A stretch of DNA of 64,000 nucleotides from Octopus sinensis. Lineage: Eukaryota. A program made the translations under genes and the position numbers. Numbering within the stretch: position 1 is the first letter of the stretch; each line of letters opens with the position of its first letter. The stretch spans positions 167,276,001 through 167,340,000 of the forward strand of contig NC_042997.1 of assembly GCF_006345805.1 (NCBI RefSeq), read 5' to 3'. Positions 11,500-24,944 of the stretch are shown one piece after another. The notes beneath the pieces were generated by a model, which saw nothing but the letters and a program-made list of their open reading frames with translations, made no database searches and was not told where the DNA came from.

Positions 11500-12052
11500 T
11501 CGAGATCGAGTTTATCACTTTTTAAGATGGGCTTACATTGCTCAGTTACACGAGTTGGGCGTTCGCTACATGAATGTTTCTTAGCGATGTCCATGCAGCG
11601 AAGTATGATGATTCTTCTTGTATGAAGATTGTTGCAACTTACAACTATGCTAGCAGTTATTATGGCCACTCAAGGATGGCCGAACTAAGAATATCTCCTC
11701 AGAAGACAGAAAATTTCCAGACCATCAGAGACCAGCCGCAACCAAGTCTATTGGATATGCACAACAGATTCAAACTATTGGCGATGAGAGTTCGCAGATG
11801 GTTTAACCGATCTGGAATAAGTAGGTACTTCGATCGTAAAAAGGCTTATCATTCGTTAAAAAGTACACCTTGAGATCGTTTAGGTCCGGCACCGACTGGA
11901 ATTATGTGGAATGGACGGATGAATTCAAATTGACCCGATTCAGATTTGATTATATAAGTGCGTGAAACATTGTGCAGGCAATAAATTTGTTCTCACATAT
12001 AGAGTATCGTAAAGGGAGGCAAGGCAGTGCTATGGTCTGGGATGTTTTTTTT
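11500..12052 (+). mobile_element. Tc1-like transposase remnant
   Basis: Frameshifted motifs WNYVEWTDEFKLTRF (WxxVxWTDESKF) and a VKxGGGSAMVWGCF-like segment near 12010-12050. Confidence 0.65.
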
Positions 12053-12110
12053 TTCTGTTAAGGTTGTAATTCCTAGTCATTGCATCACCAGCACCACAAA
12101 TAAAAAAGTC

Positions 12111-12270
12111 CGTCCTTGCGGTCTGAGTTCAAATTCCACCGAGGTCGACTTTGCTTTTCATCCTTTGGAGGTCGATAAATTAAGTACCAGTTGAGTACCA
12201 GGGTCGATGTAATCGACTACTTCCCTCTCATCAACTTTCAGGCCTTGTGCCTTTATTAGAAATAATTATT
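12111..12270 (+). mobile_element. SINE family B (5'-truncated)
   Basis: B-box plus central domain plus CAGGCCTTGTGCC tail. Confidence 0.8.
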
Positions 12271-12294
12271 ATAATTATTAAAGGGACAGTATAT

Positions 12295-12518
12295 ATTTCT
12301 TTACTGCCCACAAGGGGCTAAACAAAGAGGGGACAAACAAGGACGGACAGAGAAATTAAGTTGATTACATCAACCCCACTGCGTAACTGATACTTAATTT
12401 ATCGACCCCGAAAGGATGAAAGGCAAAGTCGACCTTGGCGGAATTTGAACTCAGAACGTAACGACAGACGAAATACCGCTAAGCATTTCGCCCAGCGCGC
12501 TAACGCTTCTGCCAGCTC
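12295..12518 (-). mobile_element. SINE family B
   Basis: Full reverse-complement copy, tail to tail with the previous copy. Confidence 0.85.
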
Positions 12519-13268
12519 CAGTATAACCGATTCAATTGGCTTTACACCTCCTTTTCGACAACTATGTGTATGTTATGAATAAATGTTATGAATAAATGGA
12601 GCTATAATATATTTAAAATACCACAGCCGTAGTTGTAACTGCCACTCCTGGTTGTTATTCCTGCCTGAAAATTAATTTTATGTCTGATTACAAAATAGAT
12701 TCGGTTGTGATTCGACAAAACTTTTAAAATAAAATGGTTTTCTATATTTTTAGCTTAATATATATTGTTGGTGTTTAATACGCTTTGAAAGTAATGCGCT
12801 TTGTGAAAGAATATCTGTAAGATTCTCGCCCCGCTAGACATCATTACAACTACTGTCCGAACATTATTTTGCAGCTGATTCCTTTATTATACAAATTTAG
12901 TCTAGTGAGAGGTGTGTGTGTGGGGGGGGGGGGTAGGATTTTTCTTTTAAATATTTTTTTTACACTAATTAAGAAAACCGTTTATCATGTTTCAGAAAAT
13001 GGTTTTGAAATCAAAGAAGAAAATGTTTGTGATTATTTTCAAAAAGAAGAAAATAATTGCTGAGATTCCAGTCTTGAGGACATGAGGAATTTATTGAAAA
13101 ACAAAATTTTCTTTTAATGATTTTTTTTTTTAATCTTCGTAGTAAATTGTTTGTTTACGTCTTACGTTGTTAACTTGTTCCATATGTAAACGATGCTTAG
13201 CCTTGATATTATTATTGTTGTTGTTATTATCATTACCATTATTGTTATTACCTTTATTATTATTGATA

Positions 13269-14100
13269 AAGCGGTGAGCAAGCAAAATAATTGCCACGCC
13301 AGACAAAACGCTAAGCGGGCATTTTGCCCGTCTTAACGTCCTGAGTTCAAATTCCGACTTTGCCTTTCATCATTTTAGATCGATGAAATAAGTACCAGTT
13401 CAACACTGGGGTCGGTTTAATCGATTAGTCTCCACCTCCTAAAATTTCAGGCCTTCTACCTAAAATAGAAAGAATTATTAATAATGGTTTCAAATTTTGC
13501 CACAAGGGCAGTAATTTTGGGGTAGGTGATGAGTCGATTACATCGACCCAAGTGTTCAACTGGTACTTATTTTCTCGACTCTGAAAGGATGGAAGGTAAA
13601 GTCGACCGCGGCTGAATTTGAACTCAGAACGTAATGACAGGCAAAATACCTATTTCTTTACTACGCACAAGAGGCTACACACACAGAGGACATTTAAGGA
13701 CAGACAAACGGATTAAGTCGATTATATCGACTTCAGTGCGTAACTGGTACTTATTTAATCGACCCCGAAAGGATGAAAGGCGAAGTCGACCTCGGCGAAA
13801 TTTGAACTCAGAACGTAGCGGCAGATGAAATACCGCTAAGCATTTCGTCCGGCGCACTAACGATTCTGCCGGCCCGCCAAGGCAGTGAGCTAATAAGATA
13901 GTGAGCACACCAGACAAAATGCTTAGCAGCATTTCATCCATTTTTACCTTCTGAGTTCAATTTCCACCGAAGTTGACTTCGCCTTTTGATCCCTTCGAGT
14001 CGACGAAAGAAGTACCAGTTGAGAAGTGGGAACGATGTTATCAACTAATCCCATCCCTCCCGCCCTCAAAATATCAGGCCTTGTGCCTATAACAGAAAGG
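13269..14100. mobile_element. Cluster of 4 SINE family B copies in alternating orientation
   Basis: + copy 13269-13475; - composite 13490-13880 with the central domain twice; + copy ~13880-14100. Confidence 0.8.
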
Positions 14101-14138
14101 CCTATCAATACTACTACTGCTATTATTACCACTACGAT

Positions 14139-14197
<59 letters not shown>

Positions 14198-14724
14198 TTA
14201 CTGCTACTACTACTATCAATATTATTACGCTAGTGCATGCTAGTTTAATTAGGTATTTTATCTTGATATTTGGTGACAAGTCTTCTCAAATTTTAAGAAT
14301 CTTCTTTCGGGTTCTTGTAGAATATAGGATGTTCCTTTTCTGCAGTTCGACAATGCAAGTTTCAATTCCAATCTATTTCAGGCTTTTATGTAGAATTTTG
14401 AGTAATGTGCCGAGTGCACAATAATTGTTGTCTTGCACAATAATTACTGTCTTGGTCTTCCACAGTTTCCTCACCTATCTGGCTAAATCCTGATATTTCT
14501 CAGTTTCTTTCAATTCTTTTTTTTTTAGTATCGACTCTGCTATCATAACAATTTCAAAATCTATGAGCATACGTTTTTTATTTTGTCCTGTATAATCATA
14601 TCTTCTTGCTTCAATTGTATGGTCAGTCTTTATGGAGAAAGATTTGTAATTCTCCATTTCTGTCACAGAATTTGGTTTGTGTTCATACCACTTTTCTGAT
14701 GGTTTGAAGTCATATTCTCAGCTA

Positions 14725-15985
14725 CGAGGGGCGTTCAATAAGTAATGCCCCTGACCCACTTCCCATAGCAGTAGAGCAACGAAACTTGGCACAGTTATTA
14801 GTCTTTTTCTACATAGGAACCACCCAGAGTTACGCATTTCTCCCATCGTTTGATGCGGCTTTGGAGACCGTTTTTGTAGAAGAACCCAGCTTGGTCCTCC
14901 AACCTCAACGTGACTTCAGAAATCAAGGCTGCATCATCTGGGAAACGCTTTCCTTTCAAAAACAACTTCATGATTGGGAAGAGGTGAAAATCAGAGGATG
15001 CAAGGTCAGGAAAGTAGGGGGGATGGGGAGGAGTTCATAGCCATACGCCTGTGCTTCTGATCTGGCGACAAGCGAGTTGTGGACCGGAGCGTTGTCCTGC
15101 AGGAGGAGGATGCCTTTGCTGATCTTGCCCTGCCTCTTGATTTTGATAACTTCTCTTAATTTCCTCAAAAGTGAAGCATAATAGGCTCCTGCAATTGTGG
15201 TACCCTTTGCCAGGAAATCTGTCATCACTACTCCGTCCTGGTCCCAGAAGACTGTGATCATGACCTTGCCAGCGGAGGGCTGCACCCTTGCCTTCTTTGG
15301 AGGGGGTGAGTCACGGTGCTTCCACCGTATTGACTGGGCTTTGATCTCTGGATCATCGTGATGGACCCAGGTTTCATCCTGTGTGATCAGTCTTTTGAAA
15401 AATTTTGACTCATCTTCTTGGCACATCTTCTTCACCCTCGAGCACTCGACGCGTTCTTGCTTCTGGAAAGGCGTGAGCAACCTGGGAATCCATCTGGCAG
15501 ACACCTTTTGCATATGCAAATGGTCATGAATGATAGTTTCCACAGACCCAGTACTAATCTTGACTTCATGGGCTATTTGGCGAATAATTATGCGTCGATC
15601 TTCCAAAATAGCAGCCTCAACTTGACGGACAGATGCCTCATCAATGGCAGAAGGGGGCGACCAGATCTGGGAGCTGTTTCCACAGAGTTCCGACCATGTT
15701 TGAATTCACGATGCCAGCGTTTTACAAGGTCATATGATGGTGCATCATCACCATAAGTTACTTTCATTTCATCAAAAGTCTCCCGTGGTGTGCGTCCTTT
15801 CAAATACAAAAACCGGATCACTGCTCGAAACTCAACAGGCTCCATTTCACACTTGACTCGGTTCAAACACCTGTAAATCAGAAACCACAATTAATTCAGA
15901 GCTGTAATTTGCCACTTACTCTATAGAGATATAACTGATTGCACATGCAAGTGGGTCAGAGGCATTACTTATTGAACGTCCCTCG
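14725..15985 (-). mobile_element. Full-length mariner transposon (1261 bp), frameshifted transposase
   Basis: TIR CGAGGGGCGTTCAATAAGTAATGCC (1 mismatch, extends to ~37 bp), TA TSDs at 14723-24 and 15986-87; WIPRLL, ITQDETW and LQDNAPVH motifs. Confidence 0.95.
14968..15845 (-). pseudogene. Mariner transposase pseudogene (irritans-like by WIPRLL and N-terminal EFRAVI)
   Basis: ATG at 15845 (MEPVEFRAVIRFLYLKG...SGRP); frameshift near 15600; second break at the HPPYSPDL motif near 15030. Confidence 0.85.
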
Positions 15986-16390
15986 TATCATCTAACATCT
16001 CAATGCACTCTTTTACCTACACAGTCATGTCTGCGCTCATACTCCTTTTGTGCTAGTATACTGCACTCATTCAAAAGGGGATCAATCCTTTTTGTCTTCT
16101 TTCCTGCAGATTCTAAATTTGCTGTCTGACTTAGTTTTGTCCTCCTTTAGGTTAATCGGATTTGTTCCATTTTCCTGAGGGCTATAATTAGCGTTTCTGT
16201 CTGTCGCTTCAAGTTCCCGTCTGATGAAAGTGAAATGAGAGTATTCTAATTCGTATGTTTCGCGTTATTTTGAATGTCTTTATACTTTCGAAGATATCTA
16301 TGTCTCTCTCTTTCTTTCTCTATCATTCCCTGTGATTCTAACTCTTTTCCCCCCCTCTGAATGTACGTATGTCAATACATACTTATGACA

Positions 16391-16621
16391 GGCGGCGAGC
16401 TGGCAGAAGCGTTAGCGCGCTGGGCGAAATGCTTAGCGGTATTTCGTCTGTCGTTACGTTCTGAGTTCAAATTCCGCCGAGGTCGACTTTGCCTTTCATC
16501 CTTTCGGGGTCGATAAATTAAGTACCATTTACGCACTGGAGTTGATGTAATCAACTTAATCCCTTTGTCTGTCCTTGTTTGTCCCCTCTATGTTTAGCCC
16601 CTTGTGGGCAGTAAAGAAATA
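16391..16621 (+). mobile_element. SINE family B, full-length
   Basis: Near-consensus head, central domain and tail. Confidence 0.9.
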
Positions 16622-17340
16622 TATATACTTATGTGTATGCGTTACATGTATACGTGTGCACGCGTCTTTTTTTAAATGCATACGTACAAACACAAATATG
16701 TATTATGTATTCATATAAAATGTTAGCTGATTTGGGTCCTATCACAAGAATTCTCTATGTCCCTTGTAACCGATATAAAACATTCAATGCCATAGTCTAT
16801 CTATTTCTCAGTATATACACTCATGAGCTACATTTCAGTGTCATAGGCAAAAATAAACCCTAACACAGATATGTGAGGCGTTAGCTTTCTTTCAAGACTG
16901 AGTTGAAATCCTCCAGCGGATAAACGATTTGATTTACTAGAATGCTTATCAAAATAAGAATATATTTTGCAAATTATTAACTTTGGGAAGAAAGAAAGAA
17001 AAGAAAAGGAAGAAAGAAATTATATTTTATCCGATTTTTACTTTGGACTCTTCTCAAACAACAAGCAGTTACAAGTATACATATAAATATCTTCTCAAAT
17101 TAAAATCAGTCAGTAGTCCAACGCAATATCCAAATCCAGCTTTACCCCCATCGTTAGCACCGACTTTGCCCACTAGATTTTTTGATCAAATCTCTGTTTT
17201 TACCAACTGTTTCTTCCCTCAAAAGGCTATTTGTGTCCAAGTCTATCTGACGACTTTATTTTTGCACTCCTTTCAGCCTACACTTATTCCTCAAACCCAT
17301 TTATTCTACTAAGTATCTTAATATTTATTCCACAGGCAAA

Positions 17341-17520
17341 GGCGGCAAGCGAGCAGAATTATTAGCACGTCCGGCAAAATACTTAGCGGCATTACGTCCG
17401 TCTTTACGTTCTGAGTTCAAATTCCACCGAGCTCTATTTTGCTTTCAATGGAAAAAGACTAGGGCTGGTATAATCGTACACCTTCCCCGAACTTGCTGGC
17501 CTTGTGCCAAAATTTGAACC
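17341..17520 (+). mobile_element. SINE family B, diverged
   Basis: Head and B-box recognisable; centre rearranged. Confidence 0.65.
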
Positions 17521-18455
17521 CAATATGTATTTCACAGACTAGAAATGCTCTTTACTTTATTTCTTGGCGTTCCCCAAATATGTGACTCCACAGGCGATAA
17601 CCCGAGGTGATTGGCATGTTAAAACATGCGTTGTTGTTTTCTTTAAAAAGAATATTAACACCAGCTGAATTCTAAGTATTTTCATTCTTTTAATGAACAT
17701 ATAGTGGGATGGAACGTTCACAAATATCTTCTGAATCATTTCCGCGTGTAATAAGTTTCCTTTGTTTTGGTTTGATGTAAAACTTTAAAAAGTACGAGAT
17801 CTTTTATGCAACAAGCACAACACAAGCATGGCGACTAAGTCACATTATCCAAAATATCCTCTTTAAAAGAGTAAGGTGTAATTTGAAGTACATTTAGCTG
17901 CTTTTTCCAGCGGGTCGAACTACCACACAGTGGATGGCTCACTGGCACGTACATTCATTAATCTTACCAACATGTGTTCCGAAAATAATCTACGTATGGC
18001 TTTTGTCAAAAGTTCTTTTCTTGTTGCTTCGTATCAATGAAACTCAATCATGCCGTTAAAACCAGACCTATGGCAATAACTCAGTCAAGTGTATTGTATA
18101 CGAAATATAAATACACCAGGGCTTCACATAAATAATATTGAGTTGAAAAGTTTCGATTAACTGACAATTAGCACTGCAAAAAACTTCCTCTGGGAGTATG
18201 TAAAATCTAAAAGCAATAAATAAAGAAGATACAGGAGGTAGCTCTGATAAAATTGTTTAAGATTCATTATCAGCGTCACTACTTGTATTGCCATATACAT
18301 TATAGTATTATAAAATAATATAGTCAATGCTATATACACAGGGAAGGCCATCAAACCAATAATAAACCCGCGCGTTGGTTTTATTCCTTTATTTTAATTT
18401 ATCAATTGGTTAACCATCTGACAAATTAACTAATCAAGCATTTGAGTGGTTAAAC

Positions 18456-20483
18456 CTGTGGTTCTTAACCATTTTACTACCACGCCTCTCCTAGGAATTT
18501 GTCCTTCTCTCCACGCCCCCTTGCATCTATAAATAAAATCCACTCCCAGATTTTAAATAAAATCTAAAATAAGTTTTTAGCTCTTTTATTGAATATGAAT
18601 TAGCCACATTGAACAAAATATGTATAATTTTATATACAATCACATTATACAAAAAGTGAGATACTTGACACTGCTTCTTAGCTACAAGATCTTGAATGCG
18701 TGATTGAATACCAGAGAGTGACAACGTGAGTTCCTTTCAACGTTCAGCCTGTTTCTGTACCTCGTCATGACAGCAACGAGCGTGGAAAATGCAGCTTCAC
18801 AAAGAGACGTGGATCCAAACATAGCTAAAATCCGAAGAGCCTGATGTGAGATCAGAGGGTAAATAGAAAGTTACTTGATCCAGAACGTTTCAGGATTCAG
18901 TTCTTTGAAGTCTTCCTCAGCTGGGGAAACTCCCTTTCTACTTCATCCAAAACATCAATCACTTCACATTGAAACGGTATTCTGATGAATTTACTGGAAA
19001 GTATATAATGAATTCTGTTTTCAAGTCGGTTAGTTGAGTGATTATTTGTTTCTTTAACTCAGAATCAAGGTTACCGCGTGTGAGAGCAGAATCCAAGTAA
19101 TTAAAACTGGCTGTATTTCCCTGCTGAATTCGACATTTCAAGAGGTCGACTTTGGCCATGAAGGCTCCAATGGTGTGGTGCGTGAGAATGTTGATGTTTT
19201 TCCCTTTTCAACGCTTCGAAGATGTCCACCAGGTATGCTAGAGATAGCTGAAAATCTTCAGACTGGAACTTGTCATGGAGATCTGCCTTCTGCTGCAAAT
19301 CTAGAAATATTGCTTCTTATTCTCGTAGCCCATAAAGCCGTCCAAGCATGTTTTTGTTTTTTGATAGCCATCGTACGTTCGTGCGAAAAAGCAATGCTTC
19401 ATGTTCGGATTCCATATCTTTACACAACAGTTTGAAAAGACGACTGTTTAAGCTCCGCCTTTAACAAAGTTGACAACCTTGATAGCTACGTTCAGGACAT
19501 TTCTCATTTCAGTAGGGAAGGTTCTGGATGCTAAGTCTTCACGATAAAGTATGCAGTGTGTAGCTACAAAAGATGGATTTTTTCTTTCACCCTAGTAATG
19601 AATCCAGACTGCAGACCAAGCATGGCTGGAGCTTCATCAGTGCACATCCCTACCAGCGAATCCCACGAAAGTTGATTTTCCTGAAAGAAGTTTGATACAT
19701 CACGAAACATAGCTGCTGCTGTTGTACAACTATCCATAGGATGACAGAACAACATTTCCTCTTTTACACAGTTGCCTGAAACAAAAAGAGCATACACCAG
19801 TAGCTGAGCAATGTCAGTCGCTTCGTCTGAGCAATGTCAGTAGCTTCGTCACACTGGAATGGTAAAAGCAGGAGAATCTCTTACTTGGTCGAGAATTTGA
19901 TCTTTTGATGTCTTGAAACAAGTCGTCGATCCTCGCCTTGACTCTATCATTTGATAGTGAAATCTGGGAAAAAGCTTGTTCGGTCTATCTTCTCCCAGAA
20001 CGAGTTCTGCTGCACTGAGTAGATTTGGTTTCATGAGAGTCTCTCCGATGTTATGGTTCTTCTTGCTCTTTGCAATCAACATGGCGATCTCATAGGAAGC
20101 CTGAACAACCATTGAAGTTTGTTGCCGAAATGGCCCACTACCGTCCAACTTAGCTTGCTTCAAGGAATGTCTTTTTGTTTCGAAGACTGGGTTTGTCTGC
20201 AAGAGCACGACGTGTTGTCCTCAAGTGGCATTCCAAGCGTGAGGTTCGCATTCCATCATTGCCCAAAGTTTTGTAACATATCACACACTGGGGGACTTCT
20301 ATGTCACCCTTTTGGAGGGACACAAATCCAAATCGAATATATTCGTCAAGATACTTCCGATTCTTAGCACTTATTGCGAAATATTTGATGCGCAGGCAAA
20401 TGCTTTTTCTCAAGGGCTCATGCTCCCCTTGGAAATTACTAACGCCCCACAAGGGTTGCGCGCCACCAGGTTAAGAACCACCG
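18456..20483 (-). mobile_element. hAT (Buster/Charlie-type) transposon, 2028 bp, decayed
   Basis: 15-bp TIRs CTGTGGTTCTTAACC / CGGTGGTTCTTAACC; 8-bp TSD GGTTAAAC/GGTTAAAT; ZBED5/Buster-type fragments RKYLDEYIRFGF..PQCVICYKTL..RLECHL, ASYEIAMLIAKSKKNHNIGETL, CTDEAPAMLG and LAYLVDIFE. Confidence 0.92.
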
Positions 20484-22269
20484 GGTTAAATAAAATTAAA
20501 GAAATGAAACAAACATTGTGTTTGTTATTGACATAATAACTCCCGTGATACAATAACACACATATTTATATATATATATACATACATATATGATTTACGT
20601 TCTATTATGTCTTCTGCTACTTTGATAATGATAACTGTGTACTACACAGCGCATCCTCCAATCTTCCTTTGCTTCCCATCATATTCATCCTGCATGCCTC
20701 AGCAAATGATCATAAAACGCATCAGTCATTGATCAAATGAAATTCACCACTCTAAACTTAGCCCTCTGCAAGTGTTATGAGCAATGTTATTCTTCCTGAA
20801 ATATGAGACAATAAAAACTTAGAGTTCGCCTTTAATCTTTAAAATCAGATTTATATCTGAGAAGGTAGTTTAGAATTCTATTTTTGAAAGTTGTTTTTCA
20901 TCTCTTTTCTGTCTGAAACCAATCCTATTTCAAGCTCGTCACCACTGTGCCAAAATTTTGATGTCGTCAGCGCTGCTTTTCTTTCTCATGTTGTACACGT
21001 CGTCGTCATCATGAGCCAACAAGACAACCTTTAAGCGGTCTCTCGACCTGCTAAATATAGCGTCCAAATCTGTCAAAAATTACCCCCCCACTGTCTTAAA
21101 AAAGACATAAGAAAATGTAGGCGTAGACATACAATGAAGTTGGGTTGTTTTTGATCATAGGTTTGCTCGATCAGGATAGACTTGGAAATAAACAATAACT
21201 GTACCACCCTCTATGTCCAGCTGCGACTCACGGCATTAGCGCTCACATCACTATTCCCGTCAGGAATGTTCGGTGAATTGTGTTAACTCTATTTTCGGTC
21301 TTTCAGATTGTTTTCTAGTCTCAACAAGTTCAACATTCCAAATCTCTTGTTGTTTCAGTGTCTAGAGAAATAATAGAAAAATTTTATATAAGCACAATAT
21401 AATGATGATTTCAAGCTTACTGAAATTTATATAACCGTTTGGAAAATTGTGCCAACTATTTATTTATTATTCAAATTATAAAAATATAGGCGAGCTCAAC
21501 ACTGTAGAGAGTTAGGTCACAAACTTTATTGTGACAAGACTAGTATGTTATATTTCTGTTCAAATTACTTGCGAGAATGTATTTATGAAACCAGTTAACT
21601 AAATAAATTGGTGGCGAAGCCATAACTAAAGACAATGTACTGAAACAGGTCAATAGATGCCATTTCGTGGATCCATGGTTTTGAATAGTAACAAAAATGC
21701 ATATGCATCCATTTTACTTATTTGCAGTTGTTCTCTAGTAAATTTTTCACAGTCACATACTAGAACTTTCTAAATAGCTTTATTGCAATTAGTCTTTTGA
21801 GAAGATTAACTGCTAAACTACGGTATCAGTTTTCGGATGCGTGGGAAATGGTGAGGTGTGCTAAGTCACATGTAAAGAATGTGCGATTAGGAAGAACTGA
21901 AACATCAAACTTAAAATGCTAATGAAATGCACTCAGTTCTAATAGCAACTAAAGCAACAGCTTTAGAAGTACCAGCAATCAGAAAAAAAAATGATAATTT
22001 CAAGAACATAACAAAATTCATTTGCTTCAGTTGTGGCGGTAACGATGATGACGACGTCTACAAAATAAAGAACAAGAAGAGCAACAACAAAAGTCACAAA
22101 TGTAAATTGATGCTGTAGTAAACATGCCAGTGCAACAACATCAATAAGAACAATAAATGCAAACACAATAAAGAAAAATTTTTTTCTTTTTTTTAAAGTC
22201 ACAGGTTTCAACAGTACAGAAATAACACCAATTAGAACAAGAATATTGGTTTTAAATTTTTGGTACTAA

Positions 22270-22438
22270 GTAGCAACTTCGTGGGAGCGGGTAAGTTAAT
22301 TACATTGACTCCAATGCTTAACTGGTACTTATTTCATCTACTCCGAAAAGATGAATAGTAAAGTCGAAAGTAAAGACGGACGGAATGCCGCAAAGCATTT
22401 TTCCCGGTATGCTAACGATTCTGCCAGCTCGCCGCCTT
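22270..22438 (-). mobile_element. SINE family B
   Basis: Reverse complement head GCCAGCTCGCCGCC and central domain; a further partial copy at ~22465-22550. Confidence 0.75.
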
Positions 22439-22683
22439 CACCAGAACAAGAATATTAATTTTAAATTTTGACCCCAGTGCTCAAATGATACTTATTTCAT
22501 CGACTCCGAAATGATGAAAGACAAAGTCGTACTCGGCAACATTTGACCACAGAAGCATCCCCAACTCTACAACGAACGTAAACAGCCCCAGGGGTTCCAA
22601 AGATCTGAGGAGAAAGAAAAAATTACTGATCAGTTTTGGTATCCATCAAAAAATTTGTACATGTGTAAGAATTTCAATTATGC

Positions 22684-23200
22684 CTAGTAAAGTGGTGGAA
22701 ATGAATGTGGAGAACCTACATCAAAGTTATTTTCATTCGACCAAACAATTTTAATCCAATTGCCATCAATCCAATCTTCATACTCCTTTGCCCAAGACAA
22801 TCGCATCTTCATGTTCAACTCAGACAGCAACAGCTTCTTTCTGGCCTTACATCCTTTAACCCCAACTTCTAATGACCATTTTTCACTGTGCGAGTTTATA
22901 TTTCCTTGTTTGTTGCCAAAAAAAGACTCAGCAGCTACGTCAGAAGAGTTCGTTTTCCTATCAGCCACAGATGTCCTGTTCAGCAACCTGTCTTCCCCCG
23001 TGGTTGTACATTTTTTTGCAACCTCGTCTTTTACAGTTTTTGAAAGAATTTGTCTCTTTGTAGCTTTTGAAGGACACCTCTTCTCGAGCATTTCAATTTT
23101 CCTGCAATTTCAACTTAGGAGAATCCTTTACAGGATAATGCAATTATCTGAGCCCATTGAGCTTCAGGAATCTATTTCTTTGGAAACATTTTCAACAAAT
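22684..23200 (-). mobile_element. Tc1-like transposase remnant
   Basis: ORF 22684-23091: CTTTGEDRLL..KARKKLLLSELNMKMRLSWAKEYEDW..WIKIVWSNENNF. Confidence 0.75.
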
Positions 23201-24045
23201 ATTGACCACTGATAAGTAATCAATAAGATATTCACGGAAAAAAATAGGAAATAACGTTAGTGTCACACAACGAGTGGTAGAAAATTGACCCAGCCACTTG
23301 CGCCAACTTAGTTTCAAGTATGCAAAAATACATAAAAGTGGTTATAAAACCAAAAGGAGGATACATCAAGTATTAATTATTGATGGGATAGACTCTAGAA
23401 TGCTTATCATACTATTTTCAATTATTAAGTAAATGAGTTTCAATCATATTCTCCGTTTTTTCATACCTGACCATAATTCTAGCCAAGGCTGTATGTATAC
23501 ACACACGTACACACATACATATATAATATATGGTCACTAAAACTATATATACATACACACAAAAACAAACATACGCACAAACACACACACACAAACTCAC
23601 ACACACAAACTCACACACATATGTATTTCACGTAATGACGTGATCGACCAGACCATCGGACGCTGGTCAGCATGAACGTTGCATCATTTTAGCATTCGAA
23701 AGATGGAAACTGAAGGAAGCCTGTCGTATACACACACACAACACACATACATGTGTACATATATACGTGTGTGTGTGTTTCTGTCTTTGTTTGTCCCCCA
23801 TCACTGCTTGACTACTGGTGTTGGTGTGTTTACATTCCCACTGATCGAAAGTTATTTTTCATGGACTTAAAGATTTACAACTGAGTGCACTGGAGCAACC
23901 AGAAATGAAGTGCTTAGCTCCAGAAGACAAGGCGCCGTTCGGTCCGAGAATCGAACCCACGATCTAGCGATTGAAAGTGAAACACGCTAAGAAGTCGACG
24001 ACGCGCCTAGACAGGCACGCACACGCACACACACACACACCGCTA

Positions 24046-24935
24046 CACTAGGTATGATCAATAAGTATCCGCACTCTTGCCAAACTAGCGAGACTAAAGC
24101 CCGCAGAGTGAAGCCACTTGATAAAATTTGACTTTAGACTCTGCTGCGCATGAGCACTAAGTTTTAGCGTTCTAGCTCACTTCCGCTGTTTACAACAGAG
24201 CCTGGAAGCAAGGTGTGTAGCGTGTGATCGTCGTATTGACCATGACAGAGAAAGTTGTCGTCGCGATACCTGCTCTGAGGCCTACGCAAAGTTGCAGAAA
24301 GTGTATGTAGAGGAATGTATGATCCGCAAACAAGTGTACGAATGGTTGCGACGTTTCCAAGATGGCCGAAAAAATGTCGAAATTAACGAACGTTCTAGCA
24401 GACCCACAACCAGCAGAACTGAGAAAAACATCGCAGATGTGCATGCACCTTTGAGGAGAAATCGAAGCACCATCCGTGAGTTATATGAGAATGTGCAGAT
24501 TAGCTACGGTTTAGTTCAGTCCATTATCACTGAAACTTTTGGGAACGAGACGCGTGTCTTCCAAGTTGGTGCCAAAACTGCTTTCAGCTTACCAAGAAGA
24601 CACTCGGGTTTCAGTTGCACAAGATCTTGACTGTGTCGAGAAAGATGAAAACGTTTTGAAAACTTTGCGTAGGCCTCTAAGTAGGTATCGCCAAACTTTT
24701 GGCAAAATTTGATGCAGATTCTCTGTTCAACTTTCTCTGTCATGGTCAATGCGTCGATCAGATGCTACACACCTTTCTTCCAAGTACTGCTGTAAACATC
24801 AGATGCAAGTTAGAACGTTAAAAGTTAGTGCAAGCACAGTAGAGTCCAGGGTCAATCTGTGCCTAGCAGTTTCGCTTTCCGCGCATTAGCTTCGTTACTA
24901 TAGCAACAGTCCGGATATCTATTGATCACACAGCG
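24046..24935. mobile_element. Non-autonomous mariner derivative (890 bp) made of two inverted 5' ends
   Basis: Terminal TGATCAATA..TATCCG repeats flanked by TA; transposase N-terminus on + (24240-24660) and again on - (24662-24749, MTEKVEQRICIKFCQK). Confidence 0.75.
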
Positions 24936-24944
24936 TATATGTAT

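Larger units (their letters stand above)
14260..16270 (-). mobile_element. R4/Dong-like (RLE-type) non-LTR retrotransposon 3' remnant, split by a mariner
   Basis: AQKEYERRHD..VH on one side; YDFKPSEKWYEHKP, KTDHTIEARR, EKYQDLAR and ALGTLLKIL on the other; followed by a (TAG/CAG)n tail. Confidence 0.75.
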
